Part shown: piece after piece, positions 52,108-63,590 of the stretch
Position numbering within the stretch: position 1 is the first letter of the stretch
How the letters are laid out: each line of letters begins with the position of its first letter
Source: Octopus bimaculoides
Lineage: Eukaryota
Direction of reading: 5' to 3'
Assembly (NCBI RefSeq): GCF_001194135.2
Contig: NC_068987.1
Coordinates: 27,301,956 to 27,365,955, forward strand
DNA: 64,000 bases
Made by a program: the position numbers and the translations under genes
Notes under the pieces: generated by a model
What the model was told of the DNA's origin: nothing
The model's input: only the letters and a program-made list of their open reading frames with translations
Database searches by the model: none

Positions 52108-55100
52108 TATATGTATATATATATAGAGAGAGAGAGAGAAAGAAAGAGAGAGAGAAAGAAAGAGAGAGAGAAAGAAAGAGAGAGAGATATATACACACAC
52201 AAACACGCATATATATATATACACACACATACACACATATATATACTTATATATACATATAAGAAAAATTTACCCTCCAGATGTATACGAATTTATAAGC
52301 GCAAATGTATATACAAACGTACTTTATTTTCCATATGTAATAGGCATTGATACGAATACCATAGTAACTGATAGGTCTTCAGTAATAAGTAATCTGGTGG
52401 CGAGTTTTGTTCAAACCGAAACATAGGTAGATACTATGTTCAATAATGTAAACTAACAAGAGAAATTATTCTCTATTCTTTATGCTCTATCTTTATTTCT
52501 TTTTGATTTGATAACTACCCCATGTAGCCTGTTTTTTTTTCATTTCTGCTAGAGACAAATTTCAGTAACTAATAACGTATTGCAAGAGTCAGTCTGTACA
52601 TCATCTTTTAATTATATTTGCCTATCTATCCATTTGTCTCTCTACCTGTCTCCGTATATGTATGCATATATGTATGTGTATATCATATATATAAAAAAAA
52701 AAACGTTAAATGCCATAAGATAATTCTGATTTTAATAATAATGCTAATATTAATTCACCAAAGACCTTAGGATAAGTAATTTAGGTTCAGTTGACTTATT
52801 TTCTTTCAATGGAAAAAATTCCCTTGTGCAACATTTCAGTTTTGACGTACATTAAACTTTAAATAAACCTCATTTTAAACTGTTATCAATTTTAATGCAA
52901 AGTCGGATTGACAGTTTTTATTTTCGTATGACTTCTATTTGGAAGGTAATACGACATTAGATGTGAGAGAAGCACAAGAATTTTGGTAACACACGCACAC
53001 ACATACACACGCACACACACATACACACGCACACAGACACACACATCCAAATGTGTATGTTTGTGTAATGTAACAACTATATGTAATGAGGTGAATAGCC
53101 ATTTGCTTGTGGAGAGACAATATGACAAAAATATTGGCAAACAAATCGATTTATGATCGTTATCACTATATAGAGACTTCAATATTTGTCAATGAAAGAG
53201 AGATAGAATCATTAGTAGTTTCACCGAACATGTACACATTCAGGTGTCTCTCACGTTTTGTAATAATAATTTATCTGTTCCGAAGTGGCTGAACAATATT
53301 GATACTGTACAAGAGTGCGTGTATATATTTGTATTTCCGTAATTGCGTATATACAAATAGTCAGAGTAGTTTGTGGCATTAATGTTTCAATGTACATTAA
53401 CATTTGGGTGTGGCAATTTAGCAAAGAAAAATTATTTTTTGGCCTAAGATAGCCTTTTATGCGATGTTTGAATTGTTTTATTTAATAATGAAGTTTTGAT
53501 TTGTTATGCTGAGCTCAAATTGCCACCCGATTCTTTTTCTTATATGCTGTTGTTGGTTATTTGGCCACCGTTGGAACCTACTTAAGCGTTCCTATAACCA
53601 AACGAAACTGAAGCTGTGATGATTCCATGCTTTGTGAGACAATGTGAACGTAGAACCACGTTTAACAACGCACAGTGTCAAAAGGCTATCATTTCAGACG
53701 TCATTACCATTTCAAACTATATTAAGTGTCCAAGTAGAAAGCCTGTTCGTTACTTATTTAGTATTTCTTTGTAAGGGAAGCACTTGCAAGTTATATTTTC
53801 ATACATAAGAGGCAAATGAAAGTGATTTGATTGATTATCAGTTTGGAAGCTCTTCGGTTGGCATTTGCGAGATGATTAAATCAACTGGTCTCTTTAACAA
53901 TTAGATGGTGTTTCTAATGGAACACCAAACACGAACTTAAATTCAATCGATTGGATTTTGCTTGGAGGGTGTTTATTAGGAGCAAGATAAATCATTTTAA
54001 TAGAGGTAATGCGGTTAATAATGGTACCAGTATGTTGCTGGCATATTAGCTTTCAACACTAACCAATCAATGCAGAATTTTAATTCATAACATAAAATAT
54101 GAAAACCTGTAACAAGTACTCAAATCTCACGTACTTTTTCGCTTTACTACTTGCCTCATGACCAATATTCAATGGAGTATCTCAAACATTACATGGCGTC
54201 AATTTAGAAAGTGTTGATTAAACCTACTGGCAGGTACTTATTTTCTGATACTCGAAATACGGTGCAATTTGAACGCACACGCTAAAAGGACACTTAAATT
54301 TTACTCGATATTCAACTTATCACTCTATTGTCTCTGCATTTACCATTCATCAGGGCAATGTATGTTGACTGAGAAACTGTGTTTAGTAAGTAGTATAACT
54401 TTACACATGTTATATTGTTCTAAACTTGTCAGTTCAGACAAAGCCAGCAAGTCCATCTGGGGTGCTGCATTGAAGGGTTTATTGAAACAAGCGACCACAG
54501 TACATTTCTTTTAAAGTTTGTACTTATTCTATCTGTTATTTTGCAAAACTAAGTTCAATCTAATTTCAAGCGAGGTAAGCAAACCAACAAACCCGAACAC
54601 ACACACACAAACACGCATTCTGTCTCACTCTCTCTCTCTCTCATGCACACACACCTGCATACACTCACCTATTTGTCTGGCACTATATTCCTCGAAGCAG
54701 ATTTCACAGTTATTCTTCGTTTGAGATTTACATTATTTTATTTTCGGTGCAACACCAACTCATTCGGTGCTTCTAACACACACACACACACACATACACA
54801 CACACACACATATATATATATATATGCTACTCTACACATATTCTTTTAACCAAAATCATTCAAAAGACAAAGGTCAAACTGGGGTTATAGTAAGAGACAC
54901 TCGCCGCAGGTGCAACACCAAATATGAAGCTTTGTAATTACAAAGCTAACTTCTTAAGCACAATATCAAGACGGCGCCCAAGTCCTCTTTTGTAAGTAAG
55001 TACATAAATGATATCCATAATCAACATGCAACGTTCCACATAAAGGCGAAGCTAAATATGTGAAACATTTAAGGATATGTTTATATGGCGGAAAAGAAAG

Positions 55101-56109
55101 GGAATACCTGCTTTTATTTTACTTCATTTGTCATGTAATATTACAGTAACATAGTAAGTACCAATTGAAAGCAATGCAATACACGAATAAGCGTACGTTT
55201 ACGGCTGCAAGTAAAACACAAGGGCACAAATAGAATTAGTGTGCTGACTTCCTGCGTGGAAAAACGGGATAAAGTGGCTAGTAGAGTGGTAACGTTGGAA
55301 TAAGTATGGGGGCAGGGATAAAGATGATCTAGGTAATTTGTTTGGATCTGACAGTTTAGGCAACGCTGGGAATATATGGTAGCAATAGTAGCTATATAGG
55401 AAAAGAGCATTGCAAAGTATCATATCAATTGGACTGAGGCTAGATGTGCTAGCAACTGACTTCATGCTAATAAATTATGTGCTTGTTTTGACATGTCAGT
55501 TGTTCCGTTACTCAATCAATTTACATAATTACAAATATAATAGAAAGTGATTCGTAAACGTCATTAATTTTCACAATTTCCGTGTTTCTGGAGATGATTA
55601 TTTTTCTGAAAATACGAAAATTTATTTTTATATATTTCATTCGGAATAATATTTTTGAGCAGTATTATCTTTGCTTACTTTTGAGCATCATAGATTGAAT
55701 ACCACTGTTTAAGTTTTTAGAATTTCGAAGAATTAATAATTGAAGGGGACGGTACAACGAACATATGTCAGCTGTGTTGCCTTCCTAGCGTGTTTAATGC
55801 AACATAATATGATATTTATCAATGAATACCTTCGTCCTATTGCGTTTTATACATATAGGCAGTAATGTTTTTTAAATTATGTATTATAAACATAACGTAC
55901 TGAAACAGACAAAAGTAGCACAATTAATAAATGAATAAATAAAAACAAAGTTTCGGTTCCTCCTAGATTTTTTATGTTAATAGCATTTATATTTAAGAGA
56001 TACGTTCTAAAACCTAACCAAATATTTAATGTTCAGTAAAAGGGAGTCGATATAAAAACAATAATAAACAATATAATTAGCGTAACTCTGTAAGGAAAGC
56101 TATATTTCT

Positions 56110-56281
56110 GATCTATATTTAAGAGATGAGGAATTATGTACATTATTTACATTATTTACATTCGACGGATATTTGTCGTCATCTTGTTTGTTGTTAACAC
56201 AAAGTTTCGGCTGATATACCCTCCAGCCTTCTTCAGGTGTATTGGGGAAATTTCGAACCAGGGTTCTCATTCCTAAGGTAA
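56110..56281 (-). mobile_element. 5'-truncated (tail-only) copy of the hammerhead SINE with 10-bp TSD
   Basis: Tail sequence matches the 8083-8245 tail. It is flanked by the direct repeat ctatatttct at 56100-56109 and 56282-56291. Confidence 0.85.
56196..56241 (-). ncRNA. Minimal hammerhead ribozyme motif (CUGAAGA variant, stem III palindrome broken)
   Basis: Reverse complement: TACAC CTGAAGA A GGCTG gagggtatat CAGCC GAAAC TTT GTGTT. Confidence 0.65.
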
Positions 56282-59200
56282 CTATATTTCTATTTAGATT
56301 ATTCGAATGTTACCTACATACAGCGACAATATAGAGTGGAAAAAGAATTTACAACCCAATTCCTGTCCCAACACTGAAAGGTAACATAGAAGCAAGGATA
56401 TCTGTATATATAAACGACGATGCAGTACCAAAGTATGGTATAATATGAAGACGAGTTCAGATTACAAATTTGAAACAAATATAGTCAGTAGTTTTATGAT
56501 ATGAAGGTAATTTATGTTTTTATCCAAAATTCCTTTTCCCCATTGACTTTAGTTGCCTTCACAAACACTCTACTTAAATGTGTAATAATAGAGGTAGATA
56601 ATTCATATTACACTGCATGTTTATAAGCTGACACGTGAATTTGTAAATATGCAGATCATTTCGTATTTGTGAGAGCGCCAGAACATATACCTTAGCACGC
56701 ATACTATCATAAATACCTGCAGTTACACACGACTGCACAGAGAGATAGATATAGAGAGAGAGAGAGGGACAGAGAGAGAAAGAGGCGGACAGAGAAAGAG
56801 ATGTGGGGAGAGAAAAAGAATATAATAGTTGTTGCGTAAATGTGTACGCATGACCCTAATGATGAGTATAATTAGAAATTTCTAGAGAGAAGACAACTAT
56901 AAAAAAGTTTTATTTTCAATTCTTTTTGTCTAAATAGAAAATATTTCTTTGAGTACACAACCAATCACTCACACACATTCTCTTTCACTTTCTTTCTCTC
57001 TCTCTCTCTCTCTCTCTCACGCACACATACGCACACAAACGCACACACATGCACACATACATATGCATAATACAATTTCTGCGTGTGTTGTTTCGTTGCA
57101 TGTGTGTGATTTTAGTTTGTATAAGTGATAATATACACGTGATAATGTAGGTGGGTTTGTGCGTGAATGTGCATAACAAATAAAATCAGTGTAAAGAGTT
57201 ATATACTTGTATGTGGAAGTATATTGCCTTCCCTCTTAAGAAACGTTAATGACAGTCGAAGCATTAAATTCCAATTAGTTGAAGTAGATGAAATGGTAGA
57301 CACTCCTCTCTTCCTTTATTCTAATTGTACATGTGTATCTCTTGCATTTATTACACTATTAACACCCATCTTCTATAATAAAACTGTTTCTTCTGTACTT
57401 AATGTATGTCAAGTAAACTTTTCTTTGCGTTTGTACATGTTATGAAGAGTGTAGAATAACACTCAGTTCGTTTCCGGGTTGAATATAATAAACACAACAG
57501 TATTACCTAGTTATCTTTCTATTCTAGAGATTATGCCTAAGAATCCACCAAAGACATCCTTGAACTTCGCAAATTACACGCTGTTTCTGAAAGAAAATGC
57601 AACAGCTACGTGTGACAAATAGAAGAAAAATTTTGTAGTGTTCGTGTATATTACCTAGTTTATTATCTATGCATCCAAAATTGAAATATGTTGGTTCTTT
57701 TAGCGTATTTGAAATTTCTCTTATTTATTTTATATTTACCACAATATTCGACAGTGTAACTTATTCGAGTCAAATAGAGTAAGCCACTTCATCGTCTTAC
57801 AGCCTGTCAGAAATAATAGTAAAATGATCTCTCATATCATGCAATCTAACATCCAAAAGGAAGTGAAGGATATATTCGATACACTACTTCTGAAACAAAG
57901 TACGAATTGGTAAAGCTTAAAAGCGTTTGGCCATATATCTACAAAGACAGAGCTGATTTCAGAACTAAACAAATATGAATAGTTATTGACATAGGGAATT
58001 ATATGAAAATATAAATCAGTGTCAAAAGCAATTATCTATTGGGTATCATGAAATTAATTTAATAAGTAGGAAGTTGTGTCTAAAGACATATCTTCTGCAT
58101 ATAACAAGAAGAATGTATTACAGGGTTGGCCAAAAGTTACCCGACAGTAAATCAAAGTTCCATGGATACCCAATATTCAATTTTATTTATTTATTCCAAT
58201 TATGAATGCTGTGAGTTAAAATTACCGTTTTTGCTTTCAATATTTATCTATTTATTAGCGAAGTCACATTTCAAATATTTTTTTGCTTTAATCTTAGAGT
58301 TTGTTTTGATTTACTGTCAGGTATATTTTGGCTAAGCCTGTATGATCAGATAATAGTTAGAATATACCCACATCAAATCCAAAGAGAAATATGTTTAGGA
58401 TATTTTTGTCGAAGAAAGCAGTTTTGAGTATGTGGGACTGAGCAAATTTCGAAAGAACAGAGACTATTTTAATTACAATAAAATTCTGGTAACTTTGGTT
58501 TTTTATGCGATAATCTTGATTTGTGACTTAATTAATTTGAATATATATTTTAAAATATTGATTTTGAAATTTCAAGACATTTATAACATATACAGGATAT
58601 GCAATCCTTGATTTGTAATTGAGAAGATACATTATTCGGCCTTATTGTCATTCATTCATGGGTGAGTATAAAATATGCATGTAAAATATTCGTAAATGAT
58701 TTGAAATAAATGAACTACATAATTAAATTATTATTCCATGCCTAAAACTGATGAATTACTTTTTAATGACATTATAATTAATTTCCAATTAGTGAACGAT
58801 GATGAATTAATTTGGTTTGAATAACTACATCAAAAATATTTTGCATAATCAATAGTGAACACTAGGGAAAAGGGAGAGTGTTTAATACAATAACTCTATA
58901 AATAACTTCTTTGAAACATTAACAACATAAAAATACCATGGGTAAAAGAACACGATTTTTGCTAATTGCATTTCCTTTCAGGTCTATTTTGAAGATGTAC
59001 ACATGTTCAACATTATATTACAGTTCAAGTAATAGTGGAAATCTCCAGTGCGATCTGTCAAAGTTTTCAATGATATTACTGCCATAGACAAATATATAAT
59101 CAATATTCTAAAAATCAGGCTTTCTTACAGGGTGCATAAAACACTACGATAAAATTCCCAAGAAGAAATTTGTCTGAATATTACGTTCAACCATGCGTAT

Positions 59201-59394
59201 GTGGTTAAATTATATATCAAACTCCAATTTACATTTAGTAATGTATGCTAAAATAATGAAGGTTATTAGAATAATTATATATCTGAAATATATATTGGGT
59301 TTAAAGAAATTTCTGTTGCATTTGAAGATGTGAAAGAAATAAATGCTTTTTTAGTCTTAATTGATATATTTAATCAAAAATATATTTCCTTTCT

Positions 59395-59535
59395 TTATTG
59401 GTATAAAAGTTTGGCTCAAGGCCAGCAATTTTGGGGAGGAGCTAAACTGGTACTTGTTTTACCGACCCCGGCAAAGTAAGAATGCTGCTAAGCATTTTAC
59501 TAGACATGTTAACGATTCTGCCAGCTTACCATCCA
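59395..59535 (-). mobile_element. Internally deleted core SINE copy
   Basis: ggtataaaag..gcaattttggggag..ctggtacttgttttaccgaccccgg..ctaagcattttac..taacgattctgccagc. Confidence 0.65.
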
Positions 59536-59619
59536 TTTCCTTTCGTTATTGATAATGTATCATATTAATAAACTATTAATTCCTCGAACCTTAACGATTC
59601 ATAGTAAAAATACACTCGT

Positions 59620-60330
59620 TTTTAAATACTGTCCAGTTCCCATCTAAGTATTGTTGGAATCATCTGAAAAGATGAAAGTCAGATGGAGCAAGATCAGGAG
59701 GATAAGAATACTAGGCAAAACATCCATATTTAGTGCAACAATCCTTTCTTGTGTAGCTTGGAAAATACACGTTCCGAAAATATTGTGTAACAGAAACACT
59801 TCTTTAGATCGACCAATGCCGGGAGATTTTTGTGAAAGTTTTACGCCAATGCTTCCAACTGACGCCAGTACTTATCTTCATAAACTGATACCTTTTGATT
59901 GAAGACTTTATGACAGACGGCACATTCCATATCCCACCGAACACAGAGTATAACCTTTTTCCTGTGTAGTCCTGGTTTCGAGATACACTGTCCTTCTTCA
60001 GTATGCGCTAACCACTGTCGTTTTCATTGGATATGATTATGGCGCAGCTAACAAAGGCTTCCACGTCAAACTTTTGCATATGATCCTATTATACAATGGT
60101 TATCTGCCATCTTTCTCTGAACAAAAACCTTCAATAACACGCATGTTAATAAATATAGTAAAGGCTCTCATACTATCAGACAGAACACATCCTCCTAAAA
60201 ACTTCATTTCACACAGATCAGCTGAAATATCAGAACCAGACCTTCACGGCATCAATAGGTTTCTAAACCAAAGTCAATTACAAGATGCAACAGGATAAAG
60301 GGTTCTAACCCCGACATATCGAAGAAAAAC
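59620..60330 (-). mobile_element. Mariner (Tc1/mariner) transposase pseudogene fragment
   Basis: Minus strand KPGLHRKKVILCVRWD (59930-59980) and YPPDLAPSDFHLFR (59665-59706), matching the mariner KP.LH.KK..LCVWW and YSPDLAPSD motifs; disrupted. Confidence 0.85.
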
Positions 60331-60789
60331 TCCTTTACTTTCATTCATTTTGTATTTCTCGTCTTAACAAAAGGTTTTAAAATATATANNNNNNNNNNNN
60401 NNNNNNNNNNNNNNNNNNNNNNNNNNNNNNNNNNNNNNNNNNNNNNNNNNNNNNNNNATATATATATATATATATATATACATACATATATGTATATAAA
60501 CGGGCTACATGCATGTATTTCCCCCCCTAAACACAAACACAACAAATGCATACACGCACACGCATTAACATGCACATGACGTACTTGCATTTTCGTACAT
60601 CAACATTTTTGCTTCCGCTCAGTTGCCTTTGAAGATATTTTAAAGTCATGCATTTTAAAGTCAGCTCACCATCATCCTAATTATCATTATCTTCCTTCCT
60701 ATGTATCATTACTTACTATTTTTATCATTGCACTTCTGAGTGCTCTCGATTTCGACTGCTCCGGCTAATTTTGTAAGAGCGGATGACAA

Positions 60790-61301
60790 CCTGTTGTTAA
60801 GTATCTCACGGAGTCTTCTTCCACGATACTTAACATCCAAGTTCTAATTAAAAAATTTATCAGTCCCCAATGAAGTAGTTTTCTCCGCATGTTCTGCCCT
60901 GACGTCAATCTCAATTTCTCCAACAAATTTTTGAAACCTGGTTGTTAATGTTCCCAAAGCCCTTACAATTACTGAGACGATATTTACATTCTTCACTGCC
61001 AACATACCCACTTTCTCATATTTTAATTGTTTGTACTTCTCAATCATTTCCAGTCCTTAATCATTCACTTGTACAGCCGAAGATATAGAAATATCTATGA
61101 TCTTGGTTTCTGTCATCTTTTTAGAAACTGCAACAATGTCTGGGTCCAGGCATCAATCACTGAATCACACTGGATTGTCGAATCACACTGGATTGTCGAA
61201 TCCCACTAGATCTTACATTCATTATTTTCGGTAAAAGATTCTAGTTATGTCCTTTCAACACTGTACTTGTCACACAATTTTCAATGAACATACCTAGCTA
61301 C
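60790..61301 (-). mobile_element. Old decayed R4/Dong-like LINE, RLE endonuclease region (distal part)
   Basis: Minus-strand remnants PDIVAVSKK..TKIIDISI and EKYKQLKYE..NVNIVSVIVRALG..KTTSLGT match the PD..D..EKY..L..LGT layout of RLE C-termini; contains stops. Confidence 0.75.
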
Positions 61302-61346
61302 ATTATTTACCTTTGACGGATATTTGTCCTCATCGTGTTTGTTGTT

Positions 61347-61392
61347 AGCACAACGTTTCAGCTGATATACCCTCCAGCCTTCATCAGGTGTT
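61347..61392 (-). ncRNA. Minimal type I hammerhead ribozyme motif, core intact
   Basis: Reverse complement: AACAC CTGATGA A GGCTG gagggtatat CAGCT GAAAC GTT GTGCT. Core CUGAUGA/GAAA and the AACGTT palindrome are intact; stem II closes with G.U and stem I has one mismatch. Confidence 0.72.
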
Positions 61393-61447
61393 TTGGGAAA
61401 TCTTCGAACCTGGGTTCTCATTCCTAAGATATATGCCGATGTTGTTG

Positions 61448-61512
<65 letters not shown>

Positions 61513-61515
<3 letters not shown>

Positions 61516-62246
61516 TAGTTTTATTTTTATAACGTGCTTTCACTTCACTACCGAGCGCAGCTCTGTGCACCTTGGGTATGTGCTGTGGTTTGCTGTGGTG
61601 CTCTTATGTTTACTGTATTGAAAGTGTTTTGCGTAGAATTTGTGCAGTACCCAGTAGTGCAATTTTCTGTATGTTATATATATTTGTAAGTCCTGGTGTT
61701 TTTGTTATGTATTTGTCTGAATANNNNNNNNNNNNNNNNNNNNNNNNNNNNNNNNNNNNNNNNNNNNNNNNNNNNNNNNNNNNNNNNNNNNNNNNNNNNN
61801 NNNNNNNNNNNNNNNNNNNNNNNNNNNNNNNNNNNNNNNNNNNNNNNNNNNNNNNNNNNNNNNNNNNNNNNNNNNNNNNNNNNNNNNNNNNNNNNNNNNN
61901 NNNNNNNNNNNNNNNNNNNNNNNNNNNNNNNNNNNNNNNNNNNNNNNNNNNNNNNNNNNNNNNNNNNNNNNNNNNNNNNNNNNNNNNNNNNNNNNNNNNN
62001 NNNNNNNNNNNNNNNNNNNNNNNNNNNNNNNNNNNNNNNNNNNNNNNNNNNNNNNNNNNNNNNNNAGTGTATATAGGTCCCCGCTCTGTCGTGTCTGTGA
62101 ATATATTCCTTCTTAGCCAGGACTGGGCAGCCAGAGATAATATGATTTATTGTTTCTTGTCGATCTCCACATATTCTACAGTTACTTGTTATATTTCTTT
62201 TCATTATGTGTTTTTGGTAATTTCTGGTGGGGAGGCTTTGGTCTTG
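61513..62246 (-). mobile_element. 5'-truncated R4/Dong-like (RLE-type) non-LTR retrotransposon 3' end, inserted in an (AAT)n tract
   Basis: Minus-strand peptide CRICGDRQETINHIISGCPVLAKKEYIHRHD (CCHC knuckle). After the gap: YITKTPGLTNIYNIQKIALLGTAQILRKTLSIQ* (stop 61610-61612), then a ~95-nt 3' UTR. Both ends border AAT repeats. Confidence 0.88.
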
Positions 62247-62255
62247 ATTATTTTT

Positions 62256-62286
<31 letters not shown>

Positions 62287-62292
62287 TTATTA

Positions 62293-62337
<45 letters not shown>

Positions 62338-62473
62338 TCACTGCCTGGAATCGAACTCGTAAATTTGGGGTTAGTAGCCCGCGCTCTTAACCAACACTCC
62401 ATATGCCCGTGGGTAATGATGGGGTGAATTTTAGGGGTTATAGCTAGCATTTCTGGACGTATCATTAGATTTC

Positions 62474-62794
62474 TAAGCCCTAAAATGCAATCTACAATTA
62501 CCCACGGGCGTATGGCATAGTGGTTAAGAGCGCGGGCTACTAACCCCAAGTTTCAGAATTCGATTCCAGGCAGTGACCTGAATAATAATGATAATAATAA
62601 TAACAATAACATCACAAGATACCTTAGGAATGAGAACCCAGAACCGAAATTTCCCCAAGACACCTGATGATCGCTGGAGAGTATATTAGCTGAAACGTTG
62701 TGTTAACAACAAACAGGATGAAGACAAATATCCGTCAAATGTAAATAATGTAAATAATGTACATAATTCCTCACTTGTTAAATATAGAACTGTA
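62474..62794 (+). mobile_element. Right arm of the inverted hammerhead-SINE dimer, complete with 3' tail
   Basis: Leader, A box TGGCATAGTGG (62513-62523), B-box-like GAATTCGATTCC (62556-62567), short AAT/AAC run, hammerhead tail ending ttaaatatagaactgta. TSD atacctagctac at 61290-61301 and 62795-62806. Confidence 0.88.
62659..62704 (+). ncRNA. Minimal type I hammerhead ribozyme motif, stem II weakened
   Basis: GACAC CTGATGA TC GCTG gagagtatat TAGC T GAAAC GTT GTGTT. Core and stem I are intact; the stem II closing pair is mismatched. Confidence 0.68.
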
Positions 62795-63515
62795 ATACCT
62801 AGCTACGTTACAATGCTTCCTTTCTTATTCCGTTTTAGATAATTCTCTACTCTCACTTATTGTCGATGCCATACATCTTACAAAAGGCCTATTCAGTACT
62901 CTTACCTATTCGGAACTTGGTGTAATTACATCTCAAAGATTGTTCCTGGGCGGTGAAAATTAATGCCTCAATCTATCCTTTCAGATCATTTTTCCTTAGC
63001 CACCTTCAGGTTTTAGTCTTGGTTTTCTTTTCCACCTCTTTGAGGTATCGCCCGTGTATCGCTTTAAATTTGCAGTGGCTCAATCTTTGCTCTCCATCTT
63101 GTATCGTATTTTTTAATTTAATTTTTTTTTTGTGTTACATTTTCACTAGTTATCGTGTTGCTATTTCTAACAGCAACAATCAAAAATTCAATCTGCTGCT
63201 TTGGCGTACTATTTCAAACCAAACCTTTTCTTATTGACAACACAGATCTCGCTTCTTATGAGTCCTCTTCCCACTTTTTTCGAGACACAGGCAATCTATC
63301 GACACCGTTTTTAGAGTGCAGCTCTTTGTTCATCGTCATAGCTTTCTCGGTTTTTCCGTCCATTTTCTCAAGCTTGTTCATTATTCATCTAACAACGCCC
63401 TCACCGTATCGCATTAGAGACACAACTCATGTATTCATTGCCCTGAGGTCGTTCTTTCTATTGAGTCTACTCTTCGCAATTTACTTGAATCTCCTGAGGT
63501 ATTCTCACCGAACGA

Positions 63516-63520
<5 letters not shown>
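62795..63520 (-). mobile_element. Old decayed R4/Dong-like LINE, post-RT region (proximal part of the same element)
   Basis: Minus-strand AMNT*VVSLMRYGEGVVR*IMNKLEKMDGKTEKAMTMNKELHSKNGVDRLPVSRKKVGRGLI resembles the R4-type thumb (..LHPK.DVDRLYV.RK.GGRGL). The frame continues across the SINE insertion. Confidence 0.75.

Positions 63521-63522
<2 letters not shown>

Positions 63523-63587
<65 letters not shown>
63523..63587. repeat. (CT)n microsatellite
   Basis: Direct reading. Confidence 0.97.

Positions 63588-63590
<3 letters not shown>

Larger units (their letters stand above)
61302..62440 (-). mobile_element. Left arm of the inverted hammerhead-SINE dimer (interrupted by an R4/Dong fragment)
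   Basis: Tail at 61302-61440, (ATT)n at 61441-61512 and 62247-62332, tRNA-like head at 62333-62410 with B box GAGTTCGATTCC, leader to 62440. Confidence 0.85.

Noticed and set aside
58118-58150. TACAGGGTTGGCCAAAAGT, Tc1/mariner-like terminal repeat start
   Set aside because: No matching opposite end was found, so no element could be delimited.
59965-60005. Minus-strand CTGAAGA...CGAAAC hammerhead look-alike
   Set aside because: Stem II does not pair and the sequence is part of the mariner transposase frame.
61163-61198. 18-bp tandem duplication aatcacactggattgtcg
   Set aside because: Ordinary slippage inside the dead R4 LINE.
62505-62570. Possible tRNA genes at the SINE heads (also 8355-8417 and 62341-62410)
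   Set aside because: No convincing acceptor stem or complete cloverleaf, and each is fused to the AAT repeat and tail; these are SINE heads.
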